Below are positions 49,808 to 61,791 of a stretch of 64,000 bases of DNA, one piece after another. The translations under genes and the position numbers were made by a program. The stretch spans positions 77,447 through 141,446 of the forward strand of contig MCFE01000181.1 of the NCBI GenBank assembly GCA_002104905.1, read 5' to 3'. Position 1 is the stretch's first letter. Each line of letters begins with the position of its first letter. A model generated the notes under the pieces. That model saw only the letters and a list, made by a program, of their open reading frames with translations. It made no database searches and was not told the DNA's origin. Source of the DNA: Basidiobolus meristosporus CBS 931.73 (taxonomy: Eukaryota > Fungi > Basidiobolomycota).

Positions 49808-52800
49808 ATATACAAATTCTACCTTACATTCAATACATTGTGAAGTGAAACCACAAAGTCTACTTGTTCTCCCATCACTTTCATTATCTCCAAGACTTGT
49901 ACAGCAGGTAGTGGGCCCCAAGCTGTCACTCTCTGTAATGTCTACTACCGTAATTACTGGAACTTTTCCCTCTGCTGAAAAGTTGGATGGATCCAACTAC
50001 TAAGTGTGGAAGGTGTAGATGAAGATGCTGCTACAAGAAAGAGGCCTTTGGGATATTGTCATGGGAGAAGAATCCCCTCCTAAAACCGTGGGAGAGGGAG
50101 CCTTAAAGTACCAGAAGAAAGTACAAAGTGCCTTTAACTGCATTTGCCTTAATGTCAAGGACAAATTACTAATTCTATGCTCAAGAGCAAAAACGGCAAA
50201 CAATGCCTGGAAGGCATTAGAAGACATCTACTAGTCATGTTCAGCTGCCAAGAAAATATATCTGAGACAAAAATTTTTACTACAAAGATGCTGCCAGGAG
50301 AAGAAATGAAAAACCTAATTAACAGAATTACCCTGCCGGTAGATGAGATGGAATCTGTGGGGGTACCAACTACTGATGAGGATGTGATAGTTACCATCCT
50401 GAATAGCCTGACAGATGAGTTTCAGGGCCTTGTATCAGCCCTAGTGTCCAGAACTGAAGATTTGACCTTGAATTACATATATGGAAGGCTCCTGGATGAG
50501 GAATTAAGAAAATCAAGTGTTAGTAAGAAGGAAGAAGAAAATGCTTTAATAAGCAATGATAACCAACAAAGGAGGTACCCAAGACCCTACAAAGGCAACA
50601 GCAACCTGTTTTGTTACTACTGCAAAAGGAAAGGACACACATCAGACCAGTGCCTCAAATAGAAAGATAATCAGCAAAAGCCTGAATATGGAAATGCTGC
50701 AATGACTGAAGATAGACTATTCATATCTGCACTAAATATGACCACAAACAAGGATTCTCAGACGTGGTATATTGACTCTGGAGCATCTCAACACTTTACA
50801 CACCAAAAAGAACTTTTTCCCCAATATCAAGAAATTCCAATTAAGAGGGTTTTCATTGGTGACAATAGAACACTTGATGCAGTGGGAGAAGGAACTATCC
50901 CATTAAACCTTAGAAGCAGTGAAGGAAGCCATACACTGACCTTTAAAGAAGTACTCTATATACCAGAAATAGCCAAGAACCTACTCTCTGTAAGCAAGGC
51001 CACAGCAGAAGGACTAAGTTTCAGTTCTGACAATTCTGGATGCAGAATCACTGATCAAAATGGTGCTCATATTGCTTTGGGCATCAGAGATCAGAATCTA
51101 TACAAGTTGACTTATATTCTATCATATCTGGAAGCCAGTAAAAGTAACTTAAATGAAGAAACACCAATGCTTTGGCATATGAGATTTGGACACATCAATT
51201 TTGATTATTTGTGGAAAATGATCAAAGATCAGCTGATTTCTGGAGTGAAAACTCATCCCCCAGCTAATTTGGAGCACTGTGAAGCCTGCATATATGGGAA
51301 ACAAGCCAGACAACTGTTTGAGAGCTCTGGGTTAATCAAAACTAAGAACAAATTAGATCTAATTCACTCAGATCTGTGTGGACCTATGCAAAATATATCC
51401 TTAGGCGGAATGAAGTATATAATCACTTTTATTGATGATTATACAAGATACACATGGGTCTACTTCATGGAGAGAAAGAAAGAAGCTCTGTCTAAGTTCA
51501 GGGAGCTTAAAGTCATGGTGGAGAGAGAAACTGGTGAAAAAATCAAGAAAATACGCTCTGACAATGGTGGAGAATATACCTCAAACTCTTCATCCACTTC
51601 TGCAAAATTCATGGGATAAAGCAAGAGACTACTGTACCATACTCCTCACAGCAAAATGGAGTAGCAGAATGTGCTAACAGAGCAATAATTGATGTGGCAA
51701 GATCTATGATCCTTGATCAAAAATTATCATATGATTTTTGGGCAGAATCAGTTGCCACTGCTCTATACCTTAAAAATAGGAGTTATAACAGAATACTTTG
51801 TGATTCCACTCTATTTGAAGCATGGTATGGGTGCAGACCAAGCGCAGAACATCTAAGAATATTTGGGTGCACAGCATATGCCAAAAACTGGCCGGAAATC
51901 AGTCAAAATTTGAGCCAAAAAGTGTAAAATGCATATTTTTGGGCTACTGCAATGAGAGTAAGGCATACAGACTCTACAATACCAAAGCAAAGAAGCTTAT
52001 CAAGTTCAGGGATGTGTTACTTGATGAAAATTCAAAATTTTCACAAAAAATGACATCAGATGATGACAAATATCTCATCTCAAATCCACCAATTGTCAGG
52101 ATTGAATCAGAGCAAAACAATGAAAATTTTTTCACTCCAGAGGACTCTACAACCGTAGTTCAGGCAGAATCAGTGCCCAGGAATATCCCAGAAGTGATCA
52201 TTCCAGTATCCAATGCCTGGAGATCCAATCAGACAAGAAATAGGCCAAATTACTATATCAATGAGGGTACAAACTTAGCCTATGCCTATTCAGTCTATAT
52301 TGATGAGCCCTGGACTGTAAAAGAGGCCCTAAATAGCCCTCAGACAAAGTCTTGGAGATCTGCAATGACTGAGGAATATCAGGCCCTGATGGAAAATCAA
52401 ACTTGGGACTTGGTCAAATTACCAATCAACCAAAAATCAATTGGATGCAGATGGGTCATCAAGACAAAATACAAGGCCAATGGTACAATTGAAAGATATA
52501 AAGCAAGACTTGTGGCCAAAGGATACTCTCAAACAAAAGGACTTGACTATACTGAGACCTTTGCACTGGTAGCCAAGTTTAATTCCATCAGATTAATATT
52601 GGCTATTGCAGCCAAATATGAATTTTTACTCATCAAGTGGATGTAAAAACTGCATTTTTGAATGGAGAACTTGATGAGGATGTGTATATGGACCAGCCTG
52701 ATGGGCTTGCTGACCAAGATAACCCCCATTTGGCTGGCAAGCTTAAAAAGTCACTATATGGTCTCAAACTATCACCAAGAGCCTGGAATTGCAAGATGGA

Positions 52801-53848
52801 CTCTTATCTTGAATCTTTGAGTTTCAAAAGAAGTAATGCTGACTATAGTATATACCATAAGCCAGAGAGAGCAAATCCAGTTCTATTAGCTCTATATGTG
52901 GATGATCTTATTATAGCTGCCAATAACCTAGAATCATTGGAAGAGACTAAATCCAGCCTATCTAAGGAGTTCAAGATGTCCAATCTGGGAGAACTTAATT
53001 ATTACTTAGGGATTAGGTTCTCCATAGATAGAAGTACCCAGACTATCACCCTAAGCCAATCCAAGTATATTCAAGATATACTAAAGAGGTACCAAATGGA
53101 AGACTGTAAACTGGCAGCTACTCCAATGGAGACAAACCTTAACTTGGTCAAAACTCAACCAAATCAAGAGGGCTAGGTGCCATCTGAAAGCCCTGACTTT
53201 CCTTATCAATCTATGGTTGGCAGTCTGATGTATATCATGCTTGGAACACGTCCAGATATCTCATATTCAGTGGGAGTCGTCAGCCAACACAAGCAGAACT
53301 ATGGATCTGATCATATTGCAGCAGTTAAGCGGATTTCTAGATACCTTAAAGGAACTGCTGATATCAGCTTAAGATACACTTACAAGGATTCAGAACAGGA
53401 TCTTGTGGGATACTGTGATGCTGATTGGGGACAAAATTTCAAAGACAGATGATCCACCACAGGATACACTTTTCTTTACTGTAAAGGAGCAATTTCATGG
53501 AACTCAAGAAAGCAACCAACCATAGCACTTTCCACCACAGAGGCAGAGTATATGGCAGCCTGTGAAGCTACAAAAGAAGCAATGTGGTTAAGAAAACTTT
53601 TTACAGATTTAGGCCTATGTCAAAAAATGCCTATTTCTTTATTTCAAGATAATCAAGGATGTATACAATTAGGTAGAAATCCAACTTTTCATGCTAGAAC
53701 CAAGCACAGACATATTAGACATCATTTTGTATGTGAAGCTATAGAGAATAACTTAGTTAGCTTAGTTTACTGTCCTACATATGAAATGATTGCAGACATA
53801 TTAACCAAACCATTAGCTAGAGACAAGTTTCAATATCTCAGGTCAAAT
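49808..53848 (+). mobile_element. Ty1/copia element, near-complete but decayed (partial 5' LTR about 49808-49906; cut at the end of RNase H)
   Basis: Domain order gag (LDGSNY.VWK..MKMLL, ATG 49938), protease, integrase, RT (YKARLVAKGYSQ, ALYVDDL), RNase H (ADILTKPL) is copia-diagnostic. Many stops and frameshifts; no PPT or own 3' LTR seen. Confidence 0.95.
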
Positions 53849-54197
53849 TGTTGTAAAAGTTTGTATTTCCACCTAAATATTCACCTAACTTAGTCACTTA
53901 GATTGTTACCTTCAAATCCTAGAGAATACTGACCAAATTCCTTGTTGGGATTTACTTTGAAGATTTTCACCAAAATACCAGGTACCCAGAACATGAAAAT
54001 TCTCAATGTTGTCCAAACAGCCCCAAACTTTGCACACATGTTCTTGGGACTTTCCTTAACCTATTCTACGTGTTTGGAATGCCAAGACCAGGTAAAAGTA
54101 TAAATACTTCTTTTACATTCAATAAATCATTAAGTGAAAACCACATAATCTACTTGTTCTCCAAATAACTTCCAATATCTCCAAGACTCTTACAACA
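53849..54197 (+). repeat. Copia 5' LTR (349 bp)
   Basis: TGTTGTAA...TTACAACA; TATAAATA and AATAAA boxes near 54099 and 54121. Confidence 0.93.
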
Positions 54198-54209
54198 GGT
54201 TATGAGCCC
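54198..54209 (+). other. PBS for a tRNAiMet half-molecule (anticodon arm)
   Basis: GGTTATGAGCCC abuts the LTR and is the exact complement of GGGCUCAUAACC, the anticodon arm of yeast-type tRNAiMet. This priming mode is known for Drosophila copia and yeast Ty5. Confidence 0.85.
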
Positions 54210-55679
54210 TAAGCTGTTACTCTCTGCAATGTCTACTACTGCTATTACTGGAGTTTTTCCCTCTGCTGGAAAGTTGGATGGATCTAACTACCAAGTGTGG
54301 AAGGTGAAGATGAAGATGCTGCTACAAGAAAGAGGCCTTTGGGATATTGTCATGGGGGAAGAATGCCCTCCTAAAAACGTGGGAGAGGAAGCCTTAAAGT
54401 ACCAGAAGAAAGAACAAAGTGCCTTTAACTGCATTTGCCTTAATGTCAAGCACAAATTGCTAATTCAATGCTCAAGAGTAAAAACGGCAAAGAATGCCTG
54501 GAAAGCATTAGAAGACACCTACCAGTCTTGTTCAGCTGCCAAGAAAATGTATCTGAGACAAAAATTCTTTACTACAAAGATGCTGCCAGGGGAAGAAATG
54601 ATAAATCTAATTAACAGATTACCCTGCTGGTAGATGAGATGGAATCTGTGGGCGTACCAACTACTGATGAGGATGTGATAGTTACCATCCTGAATAGCCT
54701 GACAGACAGGTTTCAGGGCCTTGTATCAGCCCTAGAGTCCAGAACTGAAGATTTGACCTTAAATTACGTATATGGAAGGCTCCTGGATGAAGAATAAAGA
54801 AAATCAAGCACCAATAAGAAGGAAGAAGAAAATGCTTTAATAAGCAATGATAACCAACAAAGGAGGTACCCAAGACCCTACAAAGGCAACAGCAACCTGT
54901 TTTGTAACTACTGCAAAAGGAAAGGACACACATCAGACCGGTGTCTCAAAAAGAAAGATAATCAGCAAAAGAAGCTTGAATATGGAAATGCTGCAACAAC
55001 TGAAGATAGACTATTCATATCTGCACTAAATATGACCACAAACAAGGAATCTCAGACGTGGTATATTGACTCTGGAGCATCTCAACACTTTAAACACCAA
55101 AAAGAACTTTTTACCCAATATCAAGAAATTCCAATTAAGAAGGTTTTTATGGGTGACAATAGAACACTTGATGCAGTGGGAGAAGGAACTATCCAATTAA
55201 ACCTTAGAAGCAGTGAAGGAAGCCATACACGGACCTTTAAAGAAGTACTCTATGTACCAGAAATAGCCAAGAACCTACTTTCTGTAAGCAAGGCCACAGC
55301 AGAAGGACTCAGTTTCAGTTTTGACAATTCTGGATGCAGGATCACTGATCAAAATGGTGCCCATACTGCTTTGGGCATCAGAGATCAAAATCTATACAAG
55401 TTGACTTATATTCCATCATATCTGGAAGCCAATATAAGTTACTTAAATGAAGAAACACCAATGCTTTGGCACAGGAGATTTGGGCACATCAATTTTGATT
55501 ATTTACGCAAAATGATCAAAGATCAGCTAATTTCTGGAGTAAAAATTGATCCCCCAGCTAATTTGAAGCACTGTTAAGCCTGCATATATGGGAAACAAGC
55601 CAGACAACTGTTCAAGAGCTCTGGGTTAATCAAAACAAAGAAAAAATTAGATCTAATTGACTCAGATCTGTGTGGGCGT

Positions 55680-56758
55680 TGTAGTGGGGTCACAGTGACA
55701 CCCACAGGCAGATGTGCTCATTCTTATGCGTTCACTTCCCTAAAAAGGATTACCCCGCCTATATTATTATCATCCCAAATTTGCAATATTTCCTATTTTT
55801 GTCTATGTGATTATTACTATGCAACCTGACAAACTATTTGTCACTATTAACCCATTGCACAAGCTATTCTTATTCCTTGCCGAGATGCCAAGATAAGATA
55901 GTTACCTTATATGGCAAGTACCCCAACAGTGCCCATGTCACGTGACCATCTTGGTTTCATAATCCCCCATCTCACTACCATAAGAGGCAACCACATGACA
56001 CAGAGGTTTCATGTTACCACTACCTGATTGGCTAGGTACTACTATGTCTCATGGAACAATCCGCCAAGAATTTGCGCTATTTTTAGTACACAAAGACATG
56101 ATTGGTTGTCTACTACCTTCTGGAAACTTCCGGAAAGTATTTTCTAGCAAGAAATTGAGCAGCAAAAAAGTATATAAGGGAGGCTATCCCTTAAAATAAA
56201 TCATCCCTCTTCCAATATTCCGACTTATTGATTAGTGAGATCACCGCTACCTATTACCACTATTTTCTGACTCAGACCTGACAACACTCCCAGGAAACCG
56301 CGCTGACAGCCAACTGACCTTGGAGGCACTACTTGTGAGGAATACTCAGAGTAGGTATATTTTATTATATTTGTTTGTTTTCCCAAGTTTGTTCTTGTAC
56401 AGGCAAAGATACTTTTCAGTCTTTGTAACTATTGGTCAAAGCTGCATTCTTATCAAGTCCCTGTTGGTGGAGTTTACAGTTGTTTTGACTTTGGAAGCTT
56501 TAGTACATTGTCATCTCAAAGGATGTCGAAGCCATTATAAACTTTTGTTAAGACACCAACTAAGTTGGGGATTGTAGTTCAATAGTTTTCCCTTGACAAG
56601 CTTGAGGCTTTATCCCCCATCACATTAGATTAGACAAAAGACCCAGTATTCCTAGCAAGCTTTTGCCAGAGGTTATCGCACCCAGTGAACACCCCACACA
56701 CATTCACACTTGAGAAGTGTTGGCCGTATTTTGCCCTTTGGACTTATACACCACCACA
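55680..56758 (+). repeat. 5' LTR, gypsy family 1
   Basis: TGTAGTGG...CCACCACA; GTCACGTGAC palindrome near 55936; TATATAA near 56171; AATAAA near 56195. Confidence 0.96.
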
Positions 56759-56762
56759 TATT

Positions 56763-56780
56763 TGGCACCCAACGTGGGGG
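56763..56780 (+). other. Primer-binding site, tRNA-Lys type
   Basis: TGGCACCCAACGTGGGGG versus the known Lys1,2 PBS TGGCGCCCAACGTGGGGC; one difference is a CG>CA change. Confidence 0.85.
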
Positions 56781-56898
56781 GTTCATACAAGCTCCCTAGG
56801 ACCCTACAAGATTTACCTGAAGATTTGAGCCGTTACCCATTTATTGAAACAAGACTACCAATATTATCAAGACTACAACACCAACCTACCTACCCAAA

Positions 56899-59800
56899 AT
56901 GAACTCTATGCCGTTACCACTCTCACATGGAGCCCCACAGTTTGATGGAAAGAATGTGGAGAGCTTCATATACAAATGGGAGAAGCTCTGCAAGATGTGC
57001 AGCCTATCTGAACAAGAAATGGCTGAAGACTTCCCCTACTACTGCACCGATGATATTACTACTAAGCTTCTCAGACAAGGAGACATTCTGACTGACTGGA
57101 CCTTAATGAAGACCTACCTTCAGACCGAGTATGGCAGACCCCAGATATACTATGGAATTGAGGACCTCAGACACTTTGGAAGGATGGGACTCTCCAAGCT
57201 ACCACTTGAAGAGTTCATTCAACAATATGAAGATATGGCCAAGCCACTCCTAGAGTCCCAGGCAATAACTGAGTTTACCATGACACTTTACCTTGCACAA
57301 GGGCTTCCCCAGGAATTAGCAAGGAAAGTTGACCTACATGCAGCCAAGGATGACAAGTCTGGCATTCCTTGCTTTGCAGAGATGAAACGTGTACTCCTAG
57401 AGGCAAAGCAAACTTCTACCTTTATGAGACTCCTGACATCTAATCTGCCAGACCAACCAACTAAGGAGCCAAAGAGTGCTGTTGCTGACAATCAGACCTA
57501 CACTACCGACAGAATTGACCAACTTGCTGAACAGCTACAAAAGCTAGCCCTCAAGATTAATGGCTCAGCCAAAGTAGCTACTGAGGGCCAAAGAGCTCTG
57601 CCTAGACACTGCATTTGGTGTGACTCTACTCAGCATGCCAGACGTGAATGCTCAGAGCTTAGCCAGCTACTTAGAGAAGGAACAGTACAGTTTGATGCCG
57701 ATGGAATGCTTGCTGATAAGGAAGGAAAAAGGATTCCCACTAATTTCCGAAGAGGCGGAATGAGAGCCCTTTTCCAGAAGTCTGACTCAGCAACTAGAAA
57801 GATTACTGTTGATGCCCCTATTGAGACTCATACAGTGAGTCCAAACAGCCCTGACAACAGAAAATACAAAGTAGACACCTTTGCTACTAAGAGACACCTT
57901 CCTGAAGAACCTGTCAAGCCCATCCTTAGAAGACCACGATTTGAAGAGCCTGAGGTTATCATTGACAAGAGGCCTGGAACACTGCCCACCCAAGACCCAT
58001 TACCTCACTTTCAGATGACCTCAAAGATAGCAGGCTACTCAAGCCCCCAATTGATTACTGAGAAACTGCTGAAGCAGAACCTCACTTTGTCAGTTGGAGA
58101 AATCATGAGTGTATCACCGTCTGTTAGGAAGACCTTTGATGAGCAGCTTAGAACAAGAAGACAAGCTGTTGAACATATGGACACCCATATAATCCAGACA
58201 AACCATGAAGACCACAAAAAGGATGACAACGCTACCAAATACAAGACCTTTTACTCAGTTGCAACTGCTGTGGTGAAAGGGTACATATATGATGACCCTG
58301 TTGACTGCCATATTGACAGTGGTTCAGAGATTTGTGTTATGCCGCTAGACTTCTGGAAGACACTTAGAAGCAAGGAGCTACTGCCTGTTGATAGAGATAT
58401 TGGATGGAACATGACTGATGCAAACTCAGGGTCTAGCCCACTCTATGGTGTAGTGCACAAGTTCCCTATTGAGGTACAAGGAATCAAGGTCTGGCTTCCC
58501 CTCTTTATCTGCCAGAAGGCAAACTTTGACCTTCTGTTAGGCAGACCATGGGAGACCAGTACTAAGGCTACAACTACCAACTATTCTGATGGGTCAGTGT
58601 GGTACACTATACAAGGATCCAACCCAGGACTACAGTCAACATTCTGTGGGGTAACACCCAACAATAAGAGGACACATACCGCTTGCCAGAAGACACATCT
58701 TGTTATAGAAGAAGATGAGGAGCCTGACAGTATACACCCTAACAGTTGGAGCTGCTCATTAGGTATACAAGAGCAGTCAGCTATAGTTTGCACAAAATAC
58801 AAGACAGTGGAACAGAAGATTAGACCATCACTTACACCTTTAACTGATGGGTCTCGACCTGCTGATTACATCAGACCACCAGAAGGAACACCAGAAGATA
58901 CACGACTTACACCTGAGAGACTTAAGCAACTTATCATTGGTGATGGAAACCTAACACCGGAGGAGATCTTACTATTTGAAGAAACCCTGAAAAGGCATGA
59001 TAAGGTTTTCTCATATAATGACAAGGAGATGGGACTCTTAAAGACATCGGTTGAAAAACCTATCAAAATTCATACAGTGCCCCACACACCCTGGTCATTT
59101 AAACCTTACCCACTGCCTAGAGGACTCCAAGCTGATGTGCATGACCTACTTAAGAAGAAGATTGAAGCTGGTATCCTAGAACCTTGCCATGGACCTTATG
59201 CTAACAGATGGTTTGTGACCAAAAAGAAGAATGGGAAGCTCCGATTCATTCAGGACGTGCAACCTGCAAATGCTGTCACTATCAGAGATGCCGCAATACC
59301 TCCGTCTATTGATGACTTTGCAGAAAGCTTTAGTGGTCACTCCATCTACTCAACATATGATCTCTACTCAGGATATGACCAGATTCCCCTAGATGAGACA
59401 TCAAGAGATATGTTTGCACTCCAGACACCATTTGGACTGTTAAGAATGACAAGACTTAGCCAAGGGGCAACAAACTCCGTGGCTCAGTTCCAGAGGTGCA
59501 TGGTAAATGTGCTCTACCAGTTTATACCTGAGAAACTTGCTGTCTTTGTTGATGACATAGGCATCAAAGGACCAAAACTCCGGGACACAACTGAAGTTAT
59601 GCCTGGAGTAAGAAAGTTTGTCTATGACCATATTTCAGACAATGATGCCATATTAGGAGCCATTGAAGAAGCTGGACTCACCATCAGTGGTGAGAAAAGC
59701 AGCTTTGGTGTATCAGAGATATCCATTGTTGGACAAAAATGCAACACCTTTGGTCGTTCACCTGGAGACTCCAAGACACAAAAGATATGCAACTGGCCTA

Positions 59801-61752
59801 CCCCCACAAATCTAACACAAGCTCGTGGCTTTGTGGCAGCTTGTGGGTTCTTTAGGATCTGGATCCCAAGATTTTCTGAGATAGCAGAACCAATCTACCG
59901 ACTACAGAGAAAGAATGCCCCATTTAACTGGGGAGAAGAGCAAGAAGAAGCCATGCAATTACTAAAAGAGGCCTTAGTATCTCCACCAGTTCTGAGACCT
60001 CTTGACTATCAGAACACTGAATGCCCACCTATCTTGACGGTGGATGCAAGCCCTGTAGGAGCTGGAGCACTACTTGGCCAAGATGATGAAGATGGTAACC
60101 ACTATGCCTGCAGATATGAGAGCTGCCTCTTCTCTCCTAGAGAACAAAGATACTCACAGATTAAGAGAGAGCTACTAGGAGTTGTGAAGATGCTGAGAAA
60201 GCTGAAGTCACAACTCTACATGACACATTTCATCCTGGAGACAGATGCTAAGCCACTTATAGGAATGATCAACAAGCCTGATCTACCTGATGATGCCACA
60301 AATCGGTGGATGGCATGGCTGAAAATGTTTGACTTTGAGGTCAGACATATCCCTGGCAAGACAAATGTTGTGGCTGATGCACTCTCCAGGAAGGGACCAC
60401 AGTTGTCTGAAGATATGGACCCTGACTTTGATGACATAATTGATGCAGAAATCCGACAACTACACGTGAAGAAGCCCAGCAACTCTATGTGGAACACCAT
60501 TCAAGACTATCTGAGAACCTTAGAGAAGCCACCAGGGATGAGCCCACATGATTTCAGAAAGCTCAGGAAGAAGGCCCATCATTTCTACATAAAAGATGGC
60601 CTCCTCTTCAAACGAGTAAAGCCTGGACAGACACCAAGAAGAGTTATAGTTGAGCCCCAGGAACAACTGACTATTATGTCAAGCCTTCATGAAGGAAGAC
60701 CCGGTGGTCATAGAGGCAGAGATGCCACTTACAATGTTGTTTCCAGTAGATACTACTGGGAGCATATGTATCATGATGTCCAACACTTTGTTGAATCTTG
60801 TGACATTTGCCAAAGAAGGTCAACCAAGAGATATGAGGAGCCGCTCCATCCAACCTACACACCTTGTCTATGGCAGAAGGTTGGCATTGACCTGGTCCAC
60901 ATGCCAACTGCTGGAACCAAGAAGTACCTTGTTGTTGCCAGAGATGATCTGAGTGGGTGGGTAGAAGCTCGAGCCCTACCCAATAACAAAAGCCACACCA
61001 TATGGAGATTTATTCTTGAAGATATAATATGCAGATTTGGCTGCATCAGCCAGTTTGTTGCTGACCAAGGAGAAATGACCTCAAATTTGATCCAGGAACT
61101 CTGCTCACAATACAAGATTCATATTGCTTTCACTACCGCTTATCACCCACAGGCCAATGGAATGGTTGAAAGAGGGCATGGCCCGTTAGTTAACTCCCTG
61201 GTCAAGAGCTGCAACAACATGACACTACAGTGGCCTACACAGCTTCTTCTAGCACTCTGGGCAGATAGAATCACTACAAAGCGCAGCACAGGTCTATCTC
61301 CATTCAAATTGCTTTACGGACATGATTGCGTTCTTCCCATAGAGCTTGACTCAATATCCTGGAACATGCTAGAGTGGAGAACTACAATGAGTACAGAAGA
61401 ACTACTGACTACACGCATCAAACAGCTTGATCACCATGAACTTGATATTACCCAAGCAGCTGCTAAACTCAAAGAGACAAGACTTCAGAACAGGGAACCA
61501 TTTGACAAGTCACATAGCCTTAGACCAAAGCCATTACTGCAAGGAGATCCAGTACTGCTCTATGATTCCACTTTAGACAAGCAGTGGAGTCGCAAATTTG
61601 ACAATAAGTGGTCTGGCCCATATATTGTCTCTAAGGTGATTGGAAATGGAAGCTACTACCTGTCTGAACTTGATGGAACACCGCTAAGAGCACCTGTGGC
61701 AGGAAACCGACTTAAGCTATTCAAGCACCGGAATTTTGCACATCACATTTAG
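56899..61752 (+). CDS. gag-pol: Ty3/gypsy gag-pol polyprotein (1617 aa, uninterrupted)
   Basis: CIWCDSTQHARREC knuckle, protease CHIDSGSE, RT (YDLYSGYDQ...FVDDI), RNase H (TVDAS...ETDA), integrase (H..H...C..C, VGIDL...ADQG...VERG) ending ELDGT...VAGNRLKLF. No chromodomain seen. Confidence 0.97.
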   Translation: MNSMPLPLSHGAPQFDGKNVESFIYKWEKLCKMCSLSEQEMAEDFPYYCTDDITTKLLRQGDILTDWTLMKTYLQTEYGRPQIYYGIEDLRHFGRMGLSKLPLEEFIQQYEDMAKPLLESQAITEFTMTLYLAQGLPQELARKVDLHAAKDDKSGIPCFAEMKRVLLEAKQTSTFMRLLTSNLPDQPTKEPKSAVADNQTYTTDRIDQLAEQLQKLALKINGSAKVATEGQRALPRHCIWCDSTQHARRECSELSQLLREGTVQFDADGMLADKEGKRIPTNFRRGGMRALFQKSDSATRKITVDAPIETHTVSPNSPDNRKYKVDTFATKRHLPEEPVKPILRRPRFEEPEVIIDKRPGTLPTQDPLPHFQMTSKIAGYSSPQLITEKLLKQNLTLSVGEIMSVSPSVRKTFDEQLRTRRQAVEHMDTHIIQTNHEDHKKDDNATKYKTFYSVATAVVKGYIYDDPVDCHIDSGSEICVMPLDFWKTLRSKELLPVDRDIGWNMTDANSGSSPLYGVVHKFPIEVQGIKVWLPLFICQKANFDLLLGRPWETSTKATTTNYSDGSVWYTIQGSNPGLQSTFCGVTPNNKRTHTACQKTHLVIEEDEEPDSIHPNSWSCSLGIQEQSAIVCTKYKTVEQKIRPSLTPLTDGSRPADYIRPPEGTPEDTRLTPERLKQLIIGDGNLTPEEILLFEETLKRHDKVFSYNDKEMGLLKTSVEKPIKIHTVPHTPWSFKPYPLPRGLQADVHDLLKKKIEAGILEPCHGPYANRWFVTKKKNGKLRFIQDVQPANAVTIRDAAIPPSIDDFAESFSGHSIYSTYDLYSGYDQIPLDETSRDMFALQTPFGLLRMTRLSQGATNSVAQFQRCMVNVLYQFIPEKLAVFVDDIGIKGPKLRDTTEVMPGVRKFVYDHISDNDAILGAIEEAGLTISGEKSSFGVSEISIVGQKCNTFGRSPGDSKTQKICNWPTPTNLTQARGFVAACGFFRIWIPRFSEIAEPIYRLQRKNAPFNWGEEQEEAMQLLKEALVSPPVLRPLDYQNTECPPILTVDASPVGAGALLGQDDEDGNHYACRYESCLFSPREQRYSQIKRELLGVVKMLRKLKSQLYMTHFILETDAKPLIGMINKPDLPDDATNRWMAWLKMFDFEVRHIPGKTNVVADALSRKGPQLSEDMDPDFDDIIDAEIRQLHVKKPSNSMWNTIQDYLRTLEKPPGMSPHDFRKLRKKAHHFYIKDGLLFKRVKPGQTPRRVIVEPQEQLTIMSSLHEGRPGGHRGRDATYNVVSSRYYWEHMYHDVQHFVESCDICQRRSTKRYEEPLHPTYTPCLWQKVGIDLVHMPTAGTKKYLVVARDDLSGWVEARALPNNKSHTIWRFILEDIICRFGCISQFVADQGEMTSNLIQELCSQYKIHIAFTTAYHPQANGMVERGHGPLVNSLVKSCNNMTLQWPTQLLLALWADRITTKRSTGLSPFKLLYGHDCVLPIELDSISWNMLEWRTTMSTEELLTTRIKQLDHHELDITQAAAKLKETRLQNREPFDKSHSLRPKPLLQGDPVLLYDSTLDKQWSRKFDNKWSGPYIVSKVIGNGSYYLSELDGTPLRAPVAGNRLKLFKHRNFAHHI

Positions 61753-61777
61753 TTTGCTTTGACCTGAGTTCAAAGCT

Positions 61778-61791
61778 GAGAGGGGGGTGGA
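61778..61791 (+). other. Polypurine tract
   Basis: GAGAGGGGGGTGGA immediately before the 3' LTR. Confidence 0.85.

Larger units (their letters stand above)
53849..55675 (+). mobile_element. Second Ty1/copia copy: 5' LTR, PBS, gag, protease, start of integrase; truncated at the gypsy junction
   Basis: LTR 53849-54197, PBS 54198-54209, gag ATG 54229, ORF pieces 54202-54633 and 55032-55577. Confidence 0.93.

Noticed and set aside
53849-54197. Tandem copia dimer sharing one LTR
   Set aside because: No polypurine tract precedes the LTR and RNase H appears cut just before its end, so an insertion junction fits better.
56011-56577. Small ORFs (62 and 85 aa) duplicated at 62123-62689
   Set aside because: They lie inside the two LTRs, have no recognisable motif and are not maintained in the older solo LTRs.
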